A stretch of 64,000 bases of DNA from Geosiphon pyriformis uo1 (taxonomy: Eukaryota > Fungi > Glomeromycota). The notes under the pieces are model-generated. The model saw only the letters and a list, made by a program, of their open reading frames with translations. It was not told the DNA's origin and ran no database searches. Shown here in pieces: positions 55,640 to 64,000 of this stretch (position 1 is its first letter; each line of letters starts with the position of its first letter). Location: contig JAAOMT010000678.1 of assembly GCA_016748015.1 (NCBI GenBank), positions 101,015-165,014 on the forward strand, in the 5' to 3' direction. The position numbers were made by a program, and so were the translations under genes.

Positions 55640-57148
55640 TTATTTAAGGAATCCCTTCTGATTAAGATTTTTCGGGCTACAGTCATTCATTCTTACCCCA
55701 AAGTATGGTTCTTTATGTATAAAATTACCATGTACATTATTTATTGACTGACCAGCATTGCATTCCTTTGAAAATTGAAAATAATAAAAATAAGTTTGTT
55801 TGATTGACATTTATCCATTAGTAACAATTTTAATCAAGACTAACCTCATTTTCTCCAGACATGACCCCATACGGAAACTCGAGTTCAGCACGTAACTCAT
55901 GGTATTTCCAACTTTGTGACCCATAGTCAAACCCTCTACATTCATAGAATGAATCTTCTTCATTATTTTTCTCCGTTAGACATTCACATGATCCTGGTAA
56001 AATCCAATACTCTGTCTCAAAGTGTTCCAAAAGATCATTTTTAACCCCAGGCGGTGGAAAATGTGGAACGTGGTCATTAAAATAGGTGATTCGTTGAACT
56101 TTCAATAATTTGTTGACCAGTCGGGCAAATACAACGTTACCAACCCTCGGGGCACCAAATGTAGTAGTTGAAACTTTCAAGGCAGAAAGGTTCATTTGAG
56201 GAGATACACCAATATCAGACATCAAAAATGATTGGATTCTCCATGTCAGTCCAGCGATTGTTGCATAAGCTATCAAATTTTTTTTTTGGTAAATTAATAA
56301 TTTTTATAAAATTTTTTCATTAAGAGAACATACCACCACCAATTGCATGCCCAACAAAGGAGATGAGCTGAACATTCAAGCTCTGATAGCCAATTAGTAA
56401 AGATTGAATTCGAGTAAATAACGATTTACGAATCGCTAAAAAATCAATTTGCCAATCTTTATCGACCCTAATCAGGCTATTGGATTTGAATCCCTCTACT
56501 TCATACGTTATCAGTTGAGTGCTTCGAGCTGCCCATTGATCTTTTGTCAGTTCAGGTCCTTTGATCAGTGAATTGAATAAATCAAGTTTGAGTTACTCAT
56601 TTTATTAGAGTATATTGATGATGAAAAATTCGAGTTATATAATTTTTGTTACCCTTAAAATTTATAATCAATGTTTTGGTGAATACTTCCATATTTATAT
56701 CAACTTCAAGATAAAATAACCAAAGCAATTAAATTAGCCTTTTAAAATTCTCAGAGTTAAGTAAATATTCAAAACCTTTCAAACGGCCACTAGGGACATT
56801 TGCACCAAGCTCTTTATCATCATTGCAATAAATATAATTCGCGAAAAACGCTGCCAACTTCAATTGTCGAAAAGAATTAAAATCCTGTTTAATATCAATT
56901 AATCGTTTTGATTTTCCATTCACCGCACGATTGTTGAGTAATGTCAAGGGACCAGGAACAGAACTAGGAATGGATGATATGCTTGATTTATATAATCCAT
57001 GACTTAGGTTATGATGCAGATTGGCCTTTTCTAAGCTTTTTAGACTCCGCCATGATGAAACTGGTACTTTTAAAAACTGATGAGTTTGAATAAGAATTAA
57101 AAGAAAAAATATTAATAAGCAATTATTTCTATTGAAAATTTTGTCCAT
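55640..57148 (-). CDS. Class-3 lipase (Lipase_3) homologue, multi-exon, nucleophile elbow GHAIG
   Basis: Signal-like N-terminus. Motifs FVGHAIGGAY, TTFGAPRVGN, RITYFNDHVPHFP, EYWI and HKEPYFG. GT-AG introns. Confidence 0.88.
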
Positions 57149-59942
57149 TTCAAATCTAAGTCTACTAGTTTTTCAAATACTCCAAATCTCAAAATAAATG
57201 TTATATATAAACGCATGGAATGCACGATCGATGTGTGTGTTTGTTTGATAGGAATGCAGGATGATACGGTGTATTGCAAACAAATTAATTTTGATAAAGA
57301 ATATTCGTGTTTAGATTAAACCTTTTGGTGATTTTAATCTTTTGATAAAGGTTTCGGAGCAATGGAAATAAAAGCAAGAATTCAAGAAAAAAGAATATTT
57401 AAATGCCCACTAAATTTTTGTAAGCAATGCGTTAACTTTTTATACAGTTAAATATTTATTTTGTGAAAATGTGATGCCTAAACTGTATAAGAAAAAGGGT
57501 TTATTACTAGATATAAAACATTTGTAAAAAAATATCCATTTTTAAATTGAAATTTGGTGTGCTATTATGTGATAGTTACTTAGATTTTCTGCGTCTGCTT
57601 CCTCTCCATTGAAAGAGATTTCGGATGTGTTTATGATATAAATCATTAAATAACTTAGACCTAAATTTTATTTCATATGCATTTTTTCCCAGTTATACCC
57701 TCAACTTATGCAATATTCTTGAAATAGGTTGCCAAGTTTTATTATCTGCTAAGAGCTTTAAAACCATTCGACTTGATTGTAAAACTTTATTTCTAAATCG
57801 GTACCTTATTAATAAATAATTTAACGTGTTATTAAGAAATTCTTTATGCCTCAATATTTTGCAACCTCCCAAGTTTTACCAATTTTAGTACAAAATTAAT
57901 AATAATTTTTGGGTAACTTTGCATCAATTTCAGTATTTGATATTTAAACTGATCATTATTACTTCGAATAAGCTATCCAAAAGTACCAATTTTAAATCTG
58001 AAAAATAAGAGAGTAAAAGTTGTCTATATATGTAGATCAAAGAAATTTTGAGAATACTCTTGGTATTAATTGCCAATGTTAAACCATAAGGGGTTAAAGA
58101 TTTGCTAACAATACCTAAACATAATAACATTTATATATTCTATATTCTGTAGAGTTTTAATATCAAATATTCGAAATATTCAAAAATACAGCAATTTTTT
58201 ACAAAAGCCTTATTGCTATGAAAAGTGACTTTTATTTCTTAAAATCTAATATGCTTGAAAAAAATAAGTAAATTCTGAAAGTAAACTTTTTGTTTTGAAT
58301 CAAATACATGTACATTTTTGTAATAATTATGCTAATTTTTAAAACTGAAAAGAATTATACCAATAATAACAACTTTAGAAATATTTTAAAAAACTTTTAA
58401 TTATAAAAATTCTATCAGTCTCGATTTTAATAATAACAATCTAAATAGTCTAAATAAGAAAACATTGAATCTTTCAGATTAAAATTCTAAAATTTTCAAC
58501 TTAAAAACAATCCGAAGAATTGAAGTTTCCATTATGATTGAAAAGTATGTACATATTTCAAAAAAAGAAATTGTTTGTCTTATTTCTTATTTTAAAATTA
58601 TTTAGTTTGCTATTTTGAATGCCAAAATAAGATCAAAAATATTAAACCAAAATTATATGTTAACCTTTATCTTATTTTTATTGTCATTAAGAAAGTTTAA
58701 AAAACTTTTAAGCCTCGTTAATAATAGTTGAAAATCTGAAAACTTGACATATTAAAAGTTCAAAACCATAAAATTCTTTGTTTTTTATAAGATTGAAGTT
58801 TACAATGCCAAAATTTATTATTTTATCTAAAATGTAAATTTTTTTACCTTTAATAATTCAAAATTTATTAATATATAAATATAATTATAGGCTCACACAC
58901 ACAAAAAAACGGTAAAAAAATATGGAAAAAAAACCTTATAAAATAGTTTATATCACATTTAAATATAAAAATTTTCATCTGTTTCAAAAACAAATAATAT
59001 TGTATTTACAATTTATTAAAAAAGTTTCAAATATCTCAAACCAATAGTTCAGCAAATTTGATGATTGAAATTTTACTTAAATGATAAACTTATGAGCAAA
59101 AATATTTGAAAAACCAAACCTTTTAGTGTTTCTAAAAATCTTATTAGAAAAATTTATCTTAAATTATATTTTCTAATATATTTGATTCAATATATAAGTT
59201 TATTAATTCTTCACAGATATTTTACTACAAAATTTATTTAATAGCAGCATTATAGTTTGAACCTAGTTAGATTTACCGGTAACAACAATATAGGATTTAC
59301 TTCTGTGCTTTAATTTGAGGCTTAATTCAGATTCTAGCGAGTCTCTTCCAATTTCTTTGATTTAAAGAATCTTTTTAAATAATAAATTTTCAATTAAAGT
59401 TGAAGCTACTCATGTCATTATTTTTGGTCAGTTTGTGAATTAATCAATCAATTACAGATAAAAAACAAATATTATAAAAATTATAATGAATATCTTGCTT
59501 CACCATTTTTTACTCAATCAATGCTCAAAACAAAAATTCTCGTTGGTCAGGAAAAATATTATAATTCTTAAGGTTTTCTTTCTTCACGAAGTTCATTACT
59601 AGAAAGATTTTATTAAACATTTATAAAACTAATGTCATTATTTAAAAGCAAGTCGAATATAACAGTAATAAATGATTTAGTAACAACATTGCCCTAATGC
59701 TAATATATAAACCAGATTAAAATAATATCTATATAGATGTACTCTAGTTGTAAATAGTCTAATAACTTTATCATTATTAAAGACTAGATAATCATGTAAA
59801 AGTTCAAATTTAGCATTAAATTAATTTGGGTAAAATCCGAAAGTTCCTCTCAAAAAAGTATGAACCAGAGGTAATAGCCATAAATTTCGGTTCATTATAA
59901 ATTGGTGATTATGATAGTTATTAATGCGAATAATATTCAACT

Positions 59943-60074
59943 TTACATAATTGAACATTGACCGGTGCCGCTACCATCGTCTGGGTCACCGGTAGGTCCT
60001 TTAATAGAGCCGTTACCAGGAGCGATAATCGTGAGAGGATTAAAGGAGGATTGATTGTTGGTAGTTGGTTGCAT
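59943..60074 (-). CDS. 43-aa CaaX peptide, candidate farnesylated pheromone precursor (copy 1)
   Basis: MQPTTNNQSSFNPLTIIAPGNGSIKGPTGDPDDGSGTGQCSIM*. GC-rich island, A-rich start context (gaaaatATG), upstream TATAAAA, and a paralogue differing mainly at synonymous sites. Confidence 0.85.
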   Translation of the reverse strand: MQPTTNNQSSFNPLTIIAPGNGSIKGPTGDPDDGSGTGQCSIM

Positions 60075-60175
60075 ATTTTCAAATTATTTGATTTATTTTG
60101 AATGTTACTGCTTTGCTTTTTTTCTCTTTATTAGTTTGGTTGAATTGAAAAATTAAATTGGAAAAGTACCACTAG

Positions 60176-60317
60176 TTTTATAGCAAAAAATCATCTTAAC
60201 ATCTAGTACATGTATGCGAAACAATGTTAAGTGAATTATAATGTGAAAATGCAAAAATCGATAGAATATCACAGATAATAGATTTTGACATATGCATTGT
60301 TAAGATATCTCAACAAT
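60176..60317 (-). promoter_or_regulatory. Promoter of copy 1: TATA box, AACAATG site and inverted HMG-site palindrome
   Basis: TATAAAA at 60176-60182 (minus), AACAATG at 60220-60226, and CATTGTTAAGATATCTCAACAAT at 60295-60317. All are conserved in copy 2. Confidence 0.65.
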
Positions 60318-60599
60318 ATCCCAAAAGATTTAAAAAGCATATTAACTTTCAAAATCAGTTATAGTATTGATTTCTAATATTATATTCTACTCGGCGTAAC
60401 TAAAGTATAAGTTCAGCTATTAAGGAGGTTTTTATAACAATAATTGCTAAAAAGTTGTTATTCTGCATTGTGAATCAAAATCGCCCTTCTTGCCTTTCAT
60501 ATTGTTAATTTGTTGCAGCTAAAATTACTTGATCAATCTTTTAGCAATAAACTAAAGAATGTTTCTATCACGAAAAACCAAATTGAGTTTTTAAATAAT

Positions 60600-62600
60600 T
60601 TATCAAAATAAATTCTCAAAATAAACCACTAAAAAAATTTTTCTCTTTCCTAATTTTATGACCACGACTAGAACAAAGAGTAAAAAGGTTTCAAATGTTA
60701 TTTTCCCTATAGTAACTAATAAAGTTTCAACAAAAGAAGGTTTCTCTGCTATCAAAGCAGCTAGTCAAAACGTTCTGGCAACATTCTCCTTAAATATTGA
60801 TAGTGAAAAGCTGTCTTTGGTGGCTTTTAAAGTATTTTTCTCATCTTTGGCTGGTGGTTCTTTTTCAGTCAAAGTTTTTTTCAAGAGACGCACTTGGGTC
60901 AGTTCCAATGTTGTTTTTATTCTCTCTAAGAGCCCCAAAGTCTTCAATAATAGGCCATTTAACAAGCTGGTTTTTTCTGTTTTTACCACTAATACTATCA
61001 CTACCACTACTACTTTACAAATGGCCAAAAAAACTAAAAACTTCAAAAAACAGCAACAGTTATTTGTGTTTGCTATTGTTACACTAAACTTCTTTGTGGT
61101 TTTAGATAAGATCTTAGATAAAATCTCTCTAGCAGCAATTAGCTCTCTTTTTAATGTAAATAATAACAACAATAGCATATCTTTAAAATAAAAATTAATT
61201 ACTGGCTGTATTGCCAAATGTGATGTCTTTTAGCAGATCATTGCCAGTTTTAAAAGCAACTTATTAAGTTACTTAATTTTAAGAACTGAGCTAATTAAAT
61301 GGAAACAAAATCAACCTTTTTTTCTTTGTTTTTTGGTACTGTCTTTAGTAATACCTAAAAGACAATTTCCAGTTGTTAAATGTTTTTTGGATAAATAATC
61401 TCTATTTTAATATCTGGTGTTATATTTAAAATTAAATTGGTTTTAATTAGTTTTTTATTCAAGTTGCTGTTTAGCTTTATTGAACTTAAATCAGTTTTTA
61501 AACACAATATTAAATTAAAGTCTTTTTTAATTGTTGTTATTAATATTGTTATTAATGATTTTCTTTTTTTTGATTTTACTTAAGATTACAAAAATTTTTA
61601 TAGTGACTTTTAATTTTTTTTTTTATTTCTGTTGTATTTTATAATATTCTTCTTAATATATTTTTTAATAATATTAAAAACACTCTTGGTGTTTTTGGTA
61701 TTGTTATTTTAGTAAAGTTAAATCCTAGTAATTTGTAATAATATGTTATTGTTAATTTTAAAAACTTTTTATTTGTTACTATTATTTTTAATAACTAGTT
61801 TGTGTGAATTAAAAAACAGTATTAAGATTTTTTTGCTTAACCAAAAAGAAATTATTATTTTAAAAAACAATTTTAAGACCAAATTAGTCAATTTTTTTTT
61901 TAGTTATACTGTTTTTAAAATCAGTAATCTGATTTTTCAAGTTAATAATTATATTTGTTTTATTTTCTGCTTTTTTAATTTTTATTGTTATTAATGCTTT
62001 GTTATTATAATATTTGAATTTTATAAATTTTTGAATCTTTTTATAGTAAAAACTAGAATTTTATACAAATATTGTATTTAGTAAAAAACTTTTAAATGTT
62101 GTTATTGTTACAAGTATTAGAGTTTTAATTATTTTTTTGCTAATTACAAGGTGTTATTATCTATTTTTTAAGTTGTCTATTAAAATTACTGTTGGCTTTA
62201 AGTTTTTTGTATTATTTTTTATTAGTAAAAAATTTTATGCTAAGATTTTTGCTCTTTTGGCTTTTTTTTTTGTTATCTTTTTGGCTGTTTTTGTTATTAA
62301 TTTTGTTGTTAAGTCTAAATTAGATTGTTTGGATTTTAAATTGCAAGTTTGGCTGTTTTAATTAAATTTGTTATTAAACTAATTGGTTTTTTGGTTACTT
62401 TGGTTATTATTCTTTTAAACACTTCTTTTGTCTTATATGTAGAAATTAAAAGTTTGGTTTTTATTATCTAAGATAAAATGTTTGTTCTTAATAAGACTCT
62501 GGATCAGCTTATTTTAAATGTAGCAATAGTTAAAACTGAATGTAGTTTTAATAATGTTTATATAGATGATGTAATATTGATCTATTTGATAATAAATTTT
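60600..62600 (+). mobile_element. 5' fragment of a LINE-like element (ORF1-like region), increasingly eroded downstream
   Basis: ORF 60658-61191 (MTTTRTKSKK..) has the same Ser/Thr/Lys-rich, transition-eroded character as the other ORF1 regions. The right end is approximate. Confidence 0.6.
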
Positions 62601-63517
62601 ATACTAGACTAATTACTTTCTGAAAATGTCAACCTAATAGTATTAAGTCTAATATGAATGTAATGCTAAATAATTAAGTGACTTAATTTAAAATAATAGT
62701 ACACTAGTTTTTATTATAAATAAAATATCTTCTTAAAATAGGTTTTCCTTTTTAGATTTAACATAGTTTAGCTTAGACTGAATTTATATCTGGTCATATA
62801 TAGAAAGCATATGAACTACTTCTAATTTAAGTTATTGAGTTTAATATATTGTATTAAATAGTGGTTAGACTATATATTAAATATAACAAAAAATAAAAAT
62901 AAAACACTCAGACATTTGGTACAAATACTTACTCTTACTTTAAAACCAAATTGGATGAGAATTTTAAGACTATAGCTACTACCATTTATGTGTAAGTTGT
63001 AATTCAAGTTGATAAACTTTTACAAATATTTTGCATATTCATTGAAAATACCTATATAAACAAAATAGTCAAATAGTTTTAAAACCAAAACTTAGAATAG
63101 ATTTAATTGCTCCTATTTCATTTTCGAAATATCTTATGTTTGAACCAGTTTAAAAAAACAAATTTTTCAATCGAAAAAATGTACTTTAACCCCAATAGCT
63201 GGAAAAATTTTTTACTATAATTCAACTAACCTTTCATTATCATCACTTTGTTTATAAAATAGTTTATCACAGCCTTTTTAGCAAATCTATCCTTGAAATT
63301 TGCCGATAGTGGAATAGGAATATCAATAGCGTATTTTCTTCAAAAAGAGATAATTTTGAATTCAAATTTATTTTTTTATTAATTTGCAAATTAGTGGTAC
63401 ATAGCGTAAAGCTAATTGGATAATCAAACTTAGTGTAGTACTTTTAGTTCTTGGTACAACATTCTCACGTTTTCTATATTAGTTAATAATTATTTTGAAA
63501 GACAATATCCTTGGAAT

Positions 63518-63663
63518 ATTGTTGAGATATCTTAACAATGAATCTGTCGAATTAATATTTAAAAAGAATAGATTTTTCAATTTTAACATTCTGATTCACT
63601 TAACATTGTTTCTAATACATGTACTAGATGTTAAGATGAAGGCTTTGATTTTTTGCTATAAAA
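63518..63663 (+). promoter_or_regulatory. Promoter of copy 2: inverted HMG-site palindrome, CATTGTT site and TATA box
   Basis: ATTGTTGAGATATCTTAACAATG at 63518-63540, CATTGTT at 63604-63610, and TATAAAA at 63657-63663. Confidence 0.65.
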
Positions 63664-63763
63664 CTGGTGGTGCTTTCCCAATTTCTTTCTCAATTCAACT
63701 AAAATAACAAAGAAGAAAAGAGCAAAGCAGTAACATTCAATATAAATCAAATAATTTGAAAAT

Positions 63764-63895
63764 ATGCAACCAACTACAAATAATCAATCTTCCTTCAATC
63801 CTCTCTCGATTATCGCTCCTGGTAATGGCTCTATTAAAGGACCTACTGGTGACCCAGACGATGGCAGTGGCACCGGTCAATGCTCAATTATGTAA
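63764..63895 (+). CDS. 43-aa CaaX peptide, candidate farnesylated pheromone precursor (copy 2)
   Basis: MQPTTNNQSSFNPLSIIAPGNGSIKGPTGDPDDGSGTGQCSIM*; 122/132 nt identical to copy 1. Confidence 0.85.
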   Translation: MQPTTNNQSSFNPLSIIAPGNGSIKGPTGDPDDGSGTGQCSIM

Positions 63896-64000
63896 AGTTG
63901 AATATTATTCACATTAATAACTCTCCACTCTTGACTATCACCATCCAATTTATCATCAACCGAAATTTATGCCTATTATCTCTGGTTCATACTTCTAATA

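Noticed and set aside
63495-63707. 70-aa ORF upstream of peptide copy 2
   Set aside because: It has a TTG start and overlaps the promoter, and the paralogous region differs by several indels.
59855-64000. Inverted repeats as TIRs of a DNA transposon or an assembly artefact
   Set aside because: The arms differ by indels and mostly synonymous changes, conservation peaks in the ORF and promoter blocks, and there is no transposase between them.

Overview
This is very AT-rich, intron-containing fungal DNA. The TKL-kinase/Sel1 gene, kelch membrane proteins, class-3 lipases and RNase H-bearing LINEs point to Glomeromycotina, most likely Geosiphon pyriformis (inferred from family recognition, not a database search). 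About half the window is decayed retroelements: two Ty3/Gypsy copies, three or more LINE-like copies and a 6 x ~240 bp array, with massive C>T/G>A erosion. There are also MULE and Tc1 remnants. Host genes are a TKL-Sel1 predicted pseudokinase, two class-3 lipase homologues lacking the catalytic Ser, two kelch/TM proteins, a small single-pass membrane protein and a Sel1 pseudogene. The main finding is below the ORF-track size cutoff: a divergent pair of 43-codon genes (59943-60074 minus, 63764-63895 plus) encoding MQPTTNNQSSFNPL(T/S)IIAPGNGSIKGPTGDPDDGSGTGQCSIM. They end in a CaaX box, differ by 9 synonymous and 1 conservative change, and share promoters with HMG-box-type AACAATG sites. They are candidate a-factor-type lipopeptide pheromone precursors in a lineage where, to my knowledge, no such pheromone has been characterised.
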